From: an uncultured Chitinophagales bacterium
GTDB taxonomy: Bacteria; Bacteroidota; Bacteroidia; Chitinophagales; JAHDHT01
Assembly: GCA_938023075.1 (NCBI GenBank)
Contig: CALHDG010000130.1
Location: 1,195-65,194, forward strand
DNA length: 64,000 nucleotides
Direction: 5' to 3'
This document shows, in pieces, positions 48,497 to 58,106 of the stretch (positions within the stretch are counted from its first letter, which is position 1; every line of letters begins with the position of its first letter). The notes beneath the pieces were generated by a model. That model was not told the DNA's origin and did no database searches. It worked only from the letters and a program-made list of their open reading frames with translations. Position numbers and translations under genes: made by a program.

Positions 48497-50151
48497 CGAC
48501 ATTTAATGAAAAGAATGATTTGAAAATCTTACTGTCCCAAAGCTTAACTGCAACAGTTATAAAACTTGGGTCTATTACAAACAACACTAATTTTTATAAA
48601 GAATATAAATTCCTTCAAAAAGAATTTGTAAATCTCGAGTTAGAACTAATAAAAGAAAAAATTGATAGAGAGTCTTATGAAAATTTTTTTGATAATTTAA
48701 GAATTAAAGTGTTAGATTTAATTGAAAAGCTTCCAATTGGAATTTTAAGATCAAATTTATATTTGAATGAAGTTGGATTAGATGATATAAAAAGAAAGTT
48801 TGAAAACAATTTGGTAGAACTTGGGTTGCTAAGCAATATTAAATTATATGGAAAAGACCTTGCATTAGAAAGCTATATAAATGGTATAAAAAAATGCAAT
48901 AAAAGATTTCTCACTACAAGTTTTTTAGATTCCAATTTCTGGTATGACGAAAATTGGAATATAGTTCATGAGAATAATCAACTTCAGACAAGAATATCAA
49001 ATTCAAAAGACCCAGAGAGCGGTCTGTATAGATTGTTTATAATTCCTGAAAGCATTTCATCATACATTAGTAAACGAGTTGATTTTGCCTTATCTCAAGA
49101 AAAAGTTGGTAATGAAAAACCTTTAAAGCGAATTATGGATAGTAAGGAAAATCTGTCAAATTTTGTTGATAAAATAGAAATGAAAATTATTGAGGAGAAT
49201 GAAATTCCAAAAAGCTTTAGAGATTTACATGGTTTAATTGGAAAAAGAGAATTAGCATTGTATGATGATTTTCGTTTTGACCAATTCAATCTAAATGAGA
49301 ATAGACAAATTGAAGATATTGAAATATGTACGAAATTTGACGAAAAATTTTATACAAAAAAAGAACATTTTAATAAAAATTTCAAAAAAGTTTGGGAATC
49401 GGCATCAGCAGTATCTGTTAAGGAATATATAAAAATGATTAACGAAGAAATTGCAGAGCAAAAAACAGAAAAGATTGATTATGAATCAAATTGGTTGTTA
49501 AAATATGATGCTTATGTTGCCAATGACAATCATATACTAACTTCTGAAATAGGATCTGTAACTTCATATTTGGAAGTATATTTAAAAGCATATTGTAATG
49601 GGAAGCCATTTAAGAACTACTTAGACATAGGAGTCTGCACAGGAAGATACCCTATTGCATTAAGAAATGGAAAATTAGTGAAAAATATTTTAACTGTCGA
49701 CTCCGATTCAGATGTTGAAATATTTATGAATACCTATCGAAAAGATATTCCTTTTATTAGACACGACATTAGACATAGTGATATACGTAATATGATAAAA
49801 AAGAAGTTTGACCTGATTACATGTATGCTTGGAACAATCTGTCATTTTGGATTAAATATAAAAAAAGATAAATATGCAAATAAAACAGGGCTTGAAAAAG
49901 CTTTAATAAATATCGATCATCTTTTAAATATAGATGGTCTTTTAATTATTTCGTCTTGGCAAGACTGGGATGTTTTAAAGAATGGCAAGTTAAAACTATA
50001 TTCTGATAACCAAATTTCAATTTTAAAGGAAAACAATCCCAGTCAAGAAAAGCTTAAAAAAATTTTAGATAATGGAAATAGTATGTATAGTTTCATTGAC
50101 AAACTATATGATCCATTTTTTGATATTTATGTAATAAAAAAAATTAAATAG
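48493..50151 (+). CDS. EAD-like + DUF6879-like + class I SAM-dependent methyltransferase fusion
   Basis: C-terminal motif I YLDIGVCTGR, VDSD, HDIR, KFDLITCM, LNIDGLLII. N-terminal ~80-aa helical EAD11-like segment. Middle YRLFII...ELALYDD...FKKVWE. Confidence 0.7.
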   Translation: MTTFNEKNDLKILLSQSLTATVIKLGSITNNTNFYKEYKFLQKEFVNLELELIKEKIDRESYENFFDNLRIKVLDLIEKLPIGILRSNLYLNEVGLDDIKRKFENNLVELGLLSNIKLYGKDLALESYINGIKKCNKRFLTTSFLDSNFWYDENWNIVHENNQLQTRISNSKDPESGLYRLFIIPESISSYISKRVDFALSQEKVGNEKPLKRIMDSKENLSNFVDKIEMKIIEENEIPKSFRDLHGLIGKRELALYDDFRFDQFNLNENRQIEDIEICTKFDEKFYTKKEHFNKNFKKVWESASAVSVKEYIKMINEEIAEQKTEKIDYESNWLLKYDAYVANDNHILTSEIGSVTSYLEVYLKAYCNGKPFKNYLDIGVCTGRYPIALRNGKLVKNILTVDSDSDVEIFMNTYRKDIPFIRHDIRHSDIRNMIKKKFDLITCMLGTICHFGLNIKKDKYANKTGLEKALINIDHLLNIDGLLIISSWQDWDVLKNGKLKLYSDNQISILKENNPSQEKLKKILDNGNSMYSFIDKLYDPFFDIYVIKKIK

Positions 50152-50296
50152 GTTAAACAAAATCGAACAATTTCTATTTAGCTTTTAATGAACTATTTAC
50201 TTAAAGCAATTCACTTTGTATAGAACTTAGTTCAAAGTTACGTTGCTTATTATCTTTGTTATTTAAAACAATATCCGTATTTTTATTCCAATCAAG

Positions 50297-52033
50297 TTGC
50301 ATATGAATTTTAGTCGATTATTTGATTTACCGGATTACCAAAGGCAGGTTAATGCCTTAGACGATATGCTGGCTTCAAAGCAAAACGGCAAATGGACAAA
50401 GTATGCTACTAAGCAGGTTATCAACACTGTCAATCAGTTGAGTATTGCCTTATTGGAAATCAATATTCAGCCAGGCGATATGATTGCCTTAGTTAGCGAT
50501 GGCAGACCGGAGTGGAATATCATTGATTTTGCGATTCAACAAACCGGTGCGATTGTGGTGCCTATTTATCCGACAATTTCGGTTAGTGAGTATAGCTATA
50601 TTTTTAAGGATGCCAATATTAAATATGCCTTTGTTGAAACTGCAGATTTATTTAACAAAATAAAAACTGTAGGTGCAGATTGTAGTTCATTAGTAGATAT
50701 TTTTACAATTGAACCGATAAAAGATGCCAAACATTGGAAGACCTTAATCAATACACAGATAGACAAAAACGATTTAAGTTTATTAGAAGGTAGAAAAGGT
50801 ACAATTAAAGCCAATGACTTGGCAACTATTTTATATACTTCTGGCACTACCGGCAACCCTAAAGGGGTAATGCTGTCGCATCAAAATATTATTAGTAATA
50901 TTAAAGCAACTATTTCTATAGTACCTTTTGAGTTAGGTCAGCGGGCGTTTAGTTTTTTACCACTTTCGCATATATTTGAACGAATGGTGACTTACTGTTA
51001 CATGGCTGCGGGTTCACCTATTTATTATGCAACTAATTTAGATAGTATTGGAGAAGAATTGAAAGAAGTAAAACCGTTCTTTTTTTCCGCAGTACCCCGT
51101 TTGTTAGAAAAAGTATATGAATCGATTTTAACGAAGGGAGAAAGCCTGACCGGTTTTAAAAAAACCTTATTTGATTGGTCGATTAAACTAGCCAATAACT
51201 ACACCGAGCAAGATGAAAACAGCTTACAGTTAAAAATAGCAAGATGGCTAGTTTTTAAAAAGTGGAAAGATGCATTAGGCGGCAATGTACTTGGTATTGT
51301 TACGGGGGCTGCCGCCCTTAATCCGGTATTGGGTAAAATATTTACGGCAGCCGGCATTGTTATTAGAGAGGGTTATGGTTTAACAGAAACTGCACCGGTA
51401 ATATCTAGTAACCGCTTTGAGCCCGGTGGTTTTAAATTTGGAACGGTTGGTTTACCAATTCCGGGTGTAGAAGTTAAGTTGGCAGATGATGGGGAAATTT
51501 GCATTAAAGGGCCTAATGTGATGTTGGGTTATTACAACTTACCGGAAGAAACGAGTAAAGCCATTGATGAGGAAGGTTGGTTTCATACCGGCGACATTGG
51601 TTGTTGGGAAGATAATCGTTTTTTAAAAATAACGGACCGGAAGAAAGCACTCTTTAAAACATCGGGTGGCAAATATGTGGCACCGCAAGTAATAGAAAAC
51701 AAGTTAAAGGAGTCGCCTTTAATTGAACAAGTGATGGTGTTGGGCAACAACCGTAAATTTGTATCAGCTTTAATTGTGCCTAATAAAAAATTGTTACACT
51801 CCAACTTTTCAAATGATGCGCGTGTAATTAAAAACATCGATGTCCGTGAAAAAATAGAGGCAGTTATTGAAGAAAAAAATGCATTTTTTGGTCAAACAGA
51901 AAAGGTTAAAAAATTTGTTATATTAAACAATGAATGGACGATTGACTCTGGTGAATTGACACCTTCGATGAAAGTAAAACGAAAAATAGTTGCTGAAAAC
52001 AATAAGTATATAATAGAGGGGATGTACGAATAA
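50297..52033 (+). CDS. fadD: Long-chain fatty acid--CoA ligase
   Basis: ILYTSGTTGNPKG, EGYGLTET, WFHTGDIG, TDRKK, ELTPSMKVKR; TATCTTTG at 50251-50258. Confidence 0.9.
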   Translation: MHMNFSRLFDLPDYQRQVNALDDMLASKQNGKWTKYATKQVINTVNQLSIALLEINIQPGDMIALVSDGRPEWNIIDFAIQQTGAIVVPIYPTISVSEYSYIFKDANIKYAFVETADLFNKIKTVGADCSSLVDIFTIEPIKDAKHWKTLINTQIDKNDLSLLEGRKGTIKANDLATILYTSGTTGNPKGVMLSHQNIISNIKATISIVPFELGQRAFSFLPLSHIFERMVTYCYMAAGSPIYYATNLDSIGEELKEVKPFFFSAVPRLLEKVYESILTKGESLTGFKKTLFDWSIKLANNYTEQDENSLQLKIARWLVFKKWKDALGGNVLGIVTGAAALNPVLGKIFTAAGIVIREGYGLTETAPVISSNRFEPGGFKFGTVGLPIPGVEVKLADDGEICIKGPNVMLGYYNLPEETSKAIDEEGWFHTGDIGCWEDNRFLKITDRKKALFKTSGGKYVAPQVIENKLKESPLIEQVMVLGNNRKFVSALIVPNKKLLHSNFSNDARVIKNIDVREKIEAVIEEKNAFFGQTEKVKKFVILNNEWTIDSGELTPSMKVKRKIVAENNKYIIEGMYE

Positions 52034-52060
52034 TAATTATTAATTTTGGCATTTTGAATT

Positions 52061-52246
52061 ATGAGTGAGGAATTACAAGAATTACAAAAAGAACTCTGGA
52101 GAACCTATCAGATTGTGAAAAGTATTAATGCGGTAGCAGAAACCCGTGCTTTGGAAGAAGAAGAAAAGGATAAACTTCATTTTTTAATTAAGCAAATACG
52201 ATCGATACAAGCTGAGATTAAAGAAGAGAAAGCGAAATTAAATTAA
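52061..52246 (+). CDS. Small coiled-coil hypothetical protein
   Basis: 61 aa with helical heptad pattern; TAATTTTG -7 element at 52041-52048. Confidence 0.55.
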   Translation: MSEELQELQKELWRTYQIVKSINAVAETRALEEEEKDKLHFLIKQIRSIQAEIKEEKAKLN

Positions 52247-52774
52247 TACACGGGGTCTTACTTTAAATAATTCTTCTAAATCAGGCGGTACTCCACCTAA
52301 AAAGTCGGTAAAATCGTCAAAATTATCTCTTGTTTTTTTAGAGATGAGATCTTGCATGTTTTCAATGATTTGCGTTGATACACAAACAGGCGGCATGCTT
52401 GAACTTATTTTATTACCCCTAAAATAGGCGATTATATTACAGCTTTCATAACTAATATAAGGTTGTTTTTGGCTTAATGCTTTTTTAATATTCTCAATAT
52501 TTAAATCTAAGTATTTGTCAATTACCTGAAAACCTTTGTTCATTTCGCCTTGCTGAAAATTTTGCATTTTTTCCATTGATTCTTCGGAAATTTCTTTGTA
52601 TAACTGCTCAATACAATATTGACAAATGGCAAATTCGTGCAGCACATCATTTGGTATACAAACCTTTTCAACCAAGTATTCAATAGAACTATCTAACAAA
52701 AAACGGTCGCATTTTGAGCAATTGGAAAAAGGTAAATCTTTAACTGTATTATAAAAAACGGGGGGAATATCCAT
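52238..52774 (-). CDS. Hypothetical protein with two CxxC motifs
   Basis: CSKC, YLVEK, FAICQYC, SKKTRDNFDDF. Confidence 0.65.
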   Translation of the reverse strand: MDIPPVFYNTVKDLPFSNCSKCDRFLLDSSIEYLVEKVCIPNDVLHEFAICQYCIEQLYKEISEESMEKMQNFQQGEMNKGFQVIDKYLDLNIENIKKALSQKQPYISYESCNIIAYFRGNKISSSMPPVCVSTQIIENMQDLISKKTRDNFDDFTDFLGGVPPDLEELFKVRPRVLI

Positions 52775-52849
52775 TAAATTTCAATCTTATCTTTAATCAA
52801 AAATACTATTTTTATTGATAAAAGATAATTAGAGTAGCAAAAGTTAATT

Positions 52850-53069
52850 ACTTAAGTTTCGGTAGTAAAATAATTGCTGTTCCAATGGAACCTGTTCCAT
52901 TGTGTTAACAAAAGCATGGCAACTTTACTACAACAAGTGAACAGGTTCACTTGGATGATTTTATGCTTTATATGTTGAATTATTCTTTAACCTTATTGTG
53001 TACTTCAATTTCCGTAAATAATTTATATTCAAGTTACTATTAAATAAATTCTACTACCGAAACTTAAGT
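52850..53069 (-). mobile_element. ~220-bp MITE, family A copy 3 (inverted)
   Basis: Same TIRs; interior is the reverse complement of copies 1 and 2; its last base coincides with the stop codon of 53069..54361. Confidence 0.88.
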
Positions 53070-54361
53070 TAATTACAACTATTCTCTATTGGTTCAGTTA
53101 CAATTTCTTCAATTACTTCATCTACAATTTCGGCAGAGAAATTGGCACTTTTTTTTACATCAAAACCATTAGTTAAAGTGATGGCATTAACGGCTTTAAA
53201 AACCACCTTTGACGAGAAAAAGATAAAACTGTTCGATTCAATTTCGAAATTGGAATTAAATGTTTTTGTACCGGTTATAGTTCGATTATTAATATATTGT
53301 ACCTCAGGGTCGGGTGGTATTACTTCGGTATTACAGTCTTTGTAAATTTCATCAGCTGAATTGCAATTGGGTCCATTATTTACAATTTCGTGGTTTATTC
53401 TATCCTCAATAACATTGCAAACCATCGTGTTATTGCATATAGTTAATGCAGGATTATCTATAATTATTAATTTCCACAAAGGAAAATGATTGACATTTTT
53501 AAAGCCCTTTATCGAGTTAAGTTGTTCATTCGATTCTAGCCTTAAAAACTTCCCAATTTTTTTTAGATTGAACAAACCATCTACATTTTTAAGCCGTTTG
53601 TTTTCTATTATAGAAAAAGTTACGCTAACCAATTCTAAACTATTTAATCCACAAGCATTAGAAAGTTTATTATTATAGTTGATACTTACACTGCCGTTAG
53701 ATGTTTTTAGTTGATTTAATCCATCTAAATTTTCCATAGCATCATTATGGCTAACTTCTAAACTACCCACTTCTTTTAAGTTATCTAAGCCAATCAAATT
53801 TATCATATTGTTATTATAACGAATATTTACGGAGCCTTCTACAATTTGAAGATTGTCTAATCCTATACAATTTTGTAAACGCCTATTTTCATTAATGAAC
53901 AATTTGCCGGTTAAGGAAGTTATTTTTTCTAATCCTTCAAAATTTCTAAATGAGGGGTTAATATCTACTTTTAAACCACCAATTTTTCGAAGACTTTTTA
54001 ATGCTTTAAAGTTTTCAATTTTTTCATTTTTAAAAAGAAATAATTCTCCACCTATGGCTTCCAAATTTTCTAAACCTTTTAGTTCTACTAATTCGTTGCA
54101 ATTTCTAATTTGTAAATTGCCACCCACCGATTTAATGTTTGAAAAAGGACTTAAATTAGTTACGAAACTTTCAATAACCACATTACCTTCTATACGGGTA
54201 CAATTAGGATTATCTGCTTTAAACTGATTTAATTCACCTTGAGACCTAAAAAAATGATTGCCTTGTAAACAACTCTGAGCACCTACATTACTTATGCCAA
54301 TAAATAATATAATAAAAGACAATATCAGTGTGTGTTTTAGCTTTCCACTTGACTTTTGCAA
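53069..54361 (-). CDS. Secreted receptor-L-domain/LRR protein with C-terminal coathanger-stack-like domain
   Basis: Repeated L.GL.NL..V.G.L.I..N units; FKAVNAITLTNGFDVKKSANFSAEI. Confidence 0.8.
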   Translation of the reverse strand: MQKSSGKLKHTLILSFIILFIGISNVGAQSCLQGNHFFRSQGELNQFKADNPNCTRIEGNVVIESFVTNLSPFSNIKSVGGNLQIRNCNELVELKGLENLEAIGGELFLFKNEKIENFKALKSLRKIGGLKVDINPSFRNFEGLEKITSLTGKLFINENRRLQNCIGLDNLQIVEGSVNIRYNNNMINLIGLDNLKEVGSLEVSHNDAMENLDGLNQLKTSNGSVSINYNNKLSNACGLNSLELVSVTFSIIENKRLKNVDGLFNLKKIGKFLRLESNEQLNSIKGFKNVNHFPLWKLIIIDNPALTICNNTMVCNVIEDRINHEIVNNGPNCNSADEIYKDCNTEVIPPDPEVQYINNRTITGTKTFNSNFEIESNSFIFFSSKVVFKAVNAITLTNGFDVKKSANFSAEIVDEVIEEIVTEPIENSCN

Positions 54362-54652
54362 AATTGATTAATTAAAATGTTAAAAAATATGTGAATAGCC
54401 TGAGGTTGTAAAAATGGTTGGTTTATTCAACACAAGAATTAGATGAAATATAATTCCATCTCATCCATTATATTAATGAGCATTATTTGATATAAAATAC
54501 AGTCTATAATTTTGTGAATAGATTATAGAGATACATTTTGATTACAAAGATACAAAAAAGATTGTAACAAATCTAAAATTAGTGATAATAAATGTATACA
54601 CGTTAATAAAATCTGTTTTTAATCCTTTTTAAAACAGCTCATTTAACAAAGT

Positions 54653-55825
54653 CTACTCTTCTAAAGCCTTTGAACTATACAGCATCAAGGTTGCTAACAA
54701 ACCCATCATTAAAAGTATAGAACAAGCCGTAATCATCGCCCATTTAAAATTATATATATCCAACATCCATCCAACAAAAGGACCAAATAGCGCAAACATT
54801 CCTCTTATCAAAAAGCTTTTTATAGAAAGTACTGTAGCTCTTATTTCAGATGCCGTATAACGATTAATGTAATCTGTTAAAATGGGTTCTTTTACTCCTC
54901 TTATAAAATTAATCAAAAAGAAAAACACCATACCATACACTGCCATTACCCAACCTGCAATAACCATGCTGAGCATAATGAGCACAAGCATAACCGGCAC
55001 TAATAACTTAATGTTGATGTTTTTATGAATTTTATCTGATAAAAATGCACCTAATGCAACGGTTAGATTTAGCGCAGTCCACCAAAACCCAAAATATTTT
55101 AAATCAATTCCTATGTCCAATAAATAGGGTTGAATAATCCAAGCTGTGGTTAAAGTTGCCGTGCCAATTATAGCGGTATACCACAACCACCATTTTACTT
55201 TGGTATGATGTTGAACAAATCGTAATACCTTTTTAAAGTTTTTAGTAGTTTCATTGGCTTTCATTTTAACCCGTTGCGGTTCTTTTAAACTTAATGCTAG
55301 TGCTAAACCAATTAATAAAATAACACTATGCAAAAACACCGGGCTGCGTATCCACCAAGCTGCTAATAAACCCCCAATAATGGCAGCAATGGCTTCTGAT
55401 ATACTTCCGAGTGAGCTTAACCTTCCTTGAAATTTGATAAATTGGTCTTCTTTTTTATCGTTTAAAAGGCTATCGTACAATAAAGCACTATCTGCACCAG
55501 AAACAAAACTCGCACCAATACCCAAACATATTTCTGTAAAAGCAAAACCCCAAAAACTGTTTACAAAACCCATATTCAGCATCCCTAAAAAACCGAAAAA
55601 CACACCTAATACGATAGACCATTTTCTGCCAAACAAATCACTTAAATAACCCGAAGGGATTTCCATAACTACTATACTAACCGCCATAATGCTTTGCAAC
55701 AACATAATCTCCTTCATGTTTAAGCCGCAGCTTTTAAAAAAGGGTACTATAACTGGCATAATCAACAAAAACCAACGGATGGCTTTTATTGCATAAAGTT
55801 TCCAGATGTTACTTTGGTAAGTCAT
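54653..55825 (-). CDS. MFS transporter
   Basis: EIPSGYLSDLFGRK, SGADSALLYDSL, RATVLS; about 12 TM helices. Confidence 0.92.
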   Translation of the reverse strand: MTYQSNIWKLYAIKAIRWFLLIMPVIVPFFKSCGLNMKEIMLLQSIMAVSIVVMEIPSGYLSDLFGRKWSIVLGVFFGFLGMLNMGFVNSFWGFAFTEICLGIGASFVSGADSALLYDSLLNDKKEDQFIKFQGRLSSLGSISEAIAAIIGGLLAAWWIRSPVFLHSVILLIGLALALSLKEPQRVKMKANETTKNFKKVLRFVQHHTKVKWWLWYTAIIGTATLTTAWIIQPYLLDIGIDLKYFGFWWTALNLTVALGAFLSDKIHKNINIKLLVPVMLVLIMLSMVIAGWVMAVYGMVFFFLINFIRGVKEPILTDYINRYTASEIRATVLSIKSFLIRGMFALFGPFVGWMLDIYNFKWAMITACSILLMMGLLATLMLYSSKALEE

Positions 55826-55842
55826 TGTTGAATTATTGATGA

Positions 55843-56844
55843 TTAATAATTAATTTCATTCTCATTAGAATTTTTATTATCAGAATTTGGAATTTGTATA
55901 TTGGAATTTGGTTTTTGTTTTTTGGAATTTAAAAATAGAAGATTGCGTTTCAGTCCACTGTACTTGGTTCTTTTTACAGCAGATTTTTTGAATAGCTCAT
56001 TAAAAATTTCTTGAGTTAATTCTTCCCATTCGTTAGCTTTCATCTTTAACAATTCCGGGTGGGGTTCAAACAGAGGTTCCTGATGGTTTTCTGCAAATCG
56101 ATTCCAGGGACATACGGCTTGGCAAACATCGCAACCAAACATCCAATTGTCCATGCTGTGTTTAAACTCCTTGGGGATGGCTTCTTTCAATTCTATGGTT
56201 AAATACGAAATACACTTGCTCCCATTAACCACATAGGGTTCAACGATGGCATCGGTTGGGCAGGCATCTATGCAGCGGGTACAAGTTCCACAATAATCTT
56301 TAATTGGTCCGTCAGTCTCCAAGTCTAAATCAACAATTAGTTCGGCAATAAAAAAGTACGACCCTTTTTTTTTATTGATCAAATTGCTGTGTTTGCCTAT
56401 CCAACCTAAACCGGCGCGTTTTGCCCAATGCTTATCTAACACAGGTGCCGAATCAACAAAAACTCGTCCATGCACCTCGCCAATTTGTTGTTGTATTTCA
56501 TAAAAAAATAATTTCAATTTATCTTTTATAACGAAATGATAATCTTTACCATAAGCATAAGTAGATATTTTAGGTGCATGTTCATCGGTTTGTTTTTTTG
56601 TGGTATGATAATTATACAATAAACTGATGACTGATTTGGCACCGGGTACCAATTTGGTAGGATCAACACGTTTGTCAAAATGGTTTTCCATATAAGTCAT
56701 TTTCCCTTGGTAATCTTTGTTTAACCACTTTTCTAACTGCCGTGCTTCTGCTTGCATTTGTTCTGCTTTGGCAATGCCACAAAAGTCAAAACCAAGTTGA
56801 CTTGCAATTGTCTTTACAATTGTTGTATTTTTAACCGATAGCAA
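55843..56844 (-). CDS. queG: tRNA epoxyqueuosine(34) reductase
   Basis: [56 protein letters not shown]. Confidence 0.96.
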   Translation of the reverse strand: MLSVKNTTIVKTIASQLGFDFCGIAKAEQMQAEARQLEKWLNKDYQGKMTYMENHFDKRVDPTKLVPGAKSVISLLYNYHTTKKQTDEHAPKISTYAYGKDYHFVIKDKLKLFFYEIQQQIGEVHGRVFVDSAPVLDKHWAKRAGLGWIGKHSNLINKKKGSYFFIAELIVDLDLETDGPIKDYCGTCTRCIDACPTDAIVEPYVVNGSKCISYLTIELKEAIPKEFKHSMDNWMFGCDVCQAVCPWNRFAENHQEPLFEPHPELLKMKANEWEELTQEIFNELFKKSAVKRTKYSGLKRNLLFLNSKKQKPNSNIQIPNSDNKNSNENEINY

Positions 56845-56857
56845 AACTTATTTATTA

Positions 56858-57724
56858 ATGGAACAATGTAAACTATATTTACTAATTGCCTTAATGGTTA
56901 GCATAAATTATTTTAATCCATTAAAAGCCAACCATACACAAGCCAATAAACAATTAAAGGTATTAACGTGGAATATTTATTCGTTGCCCTTTATTATTAA
57001 CACCACCAATAGAATGGATAGAGCCAAAGGCGTAGTAGATGTATTAAAACGAACAGATTATGATGTGATTGTTTTTCAAGAAACCTTTCATAAAAAATCA
57101 TTTCAAATTTTAGAAAAGGGTTTGGCTGAAACCTTTCCTTATGCCTTAAAGGTTGAGCGACATACTGGTTTTTTAAAGTATCATCATGGTATTTATATAG
57201 TCAGTAAATATCCATTAGAACTGTTGGGCACTATAGCATTTAAACGTTGTGAAGGTGGGGATTGTTTATCTAAAAAAGGCGCCATTTTAGTTGAATTGGA
57301 AAAAGAAGGACAAGTGTTTCAAGTATTGGGCACGCATTTACAATCTGGCAATAAAAATACACGAGAAAAAATTAGAGCAACCCAAAGGTATCAGTTGAAT
57401 GAATTTTTAGCAATTCACCGGCAACCCAATATTCCACAATTGTTGTGTGGCGATTTTAATACGGATTTTAACAATACTAAACGCCGTAAAGCGATGCTAA
57501 GCGATTTAGAAATTGAACCTTTGGAAATTCCTTATCATCACACGTGGCCTAATGTTTACGAGCAATCGAAAAATGAAAAAACCTATGTATTAGATTATAT
57601 TTTCGTAAGAAAAAATGGTTTCCAATTGAAGTCAAAAATGTATCAGGCACTTAGTTTTTTTAATAAGAAAAAGAACATGGCATTATCTGACCATAAGGCG
57701 GTTGAGTTGATTTTGGATTGGTAA
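56858..57724 (+). CDS. Sphingomyelin phosphodiesterase-like EEP hydrolase
   Basis: LTWNI, DVIVFQE, SKKG, GTHLQ, CGDFN, LDYI, LSDH. Confidence 0.88.
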   Translation: MEQCKLYLLIALMVSINYFNPLKANHTQANKQLKVLTWNIYSLPFIINTTNRMDRAKGVVDVLKRTDYDVIVFQETFHKKSFQILEKGLAETFPYALKVERHTGFLKYHHGIYIVSKYPLELLGTIAFKRCEGGDCLSKKGAILVELEKEGQVFQVLGTHLQSGNKNTREKIRATQRYQLNEFLAIHRQPNIPQLLCGDFNTDFNNTKRRKAMLSDLEIEPLEIPYHHTWPNVYEQSKNEKTYVLDYIFVRKNGFQLKSKMYQALSFFNKKKNMALSDHKAVELILDW

Positions 57725-57981
57725 GTGCTAAAGCCTCGAAAAACAAAATTCCAATTATCAATTTCCAATTGGTGAAATCATACAAGCAATGTAATAAATT
57801 TAACATAAAAACAAACATCATAAGAATATAATTAATATTTGACTTTATTAATGTGCTTATATCAATTAAGAAATTCTGAGTAAATTGAAAGTATGTCTAA
57901 AAGTTAAAGTATGTGCAATACTGCTTTTTATGGATATACATCAGTTTTCTAAAAAAACCTTACAAAAAAATCAGTTTTTCG

Positions 57982-58009
57982 CCAACCTTTTTTATCAGTT
58001 GATCAGTCT
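57982..58009 (+). promoter_or_regulatory. Putative ECF-sigma promoter
   Basis: CCAACC-n17-AGTCT about 100 nt upstream of 58107; resembles the motif at 40750. Confidence 0.4.
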
Positions 58010-58106
58010 ACATTATTAAATGCATCAAATTATTAGCTGAAAATCGATTTTTATTACAAATCATCTTAACAAAAAATAAATTATAAATAAAATAAATAAT
58101 CAAAAA

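Noticed and set aside
48493-50151. DNA methyltransferase of a restriction-modification system
   Set aside because: Lacks DPPY/NPPY or PCQ catalytic motifs; the pattern fits a small-molecule/protein class I MTase and no nuclease is adjacent.
57725-57960. AT-rich intergenic region as an sRNA
   Set aside because: No convincing stem-loops or terminator seen.
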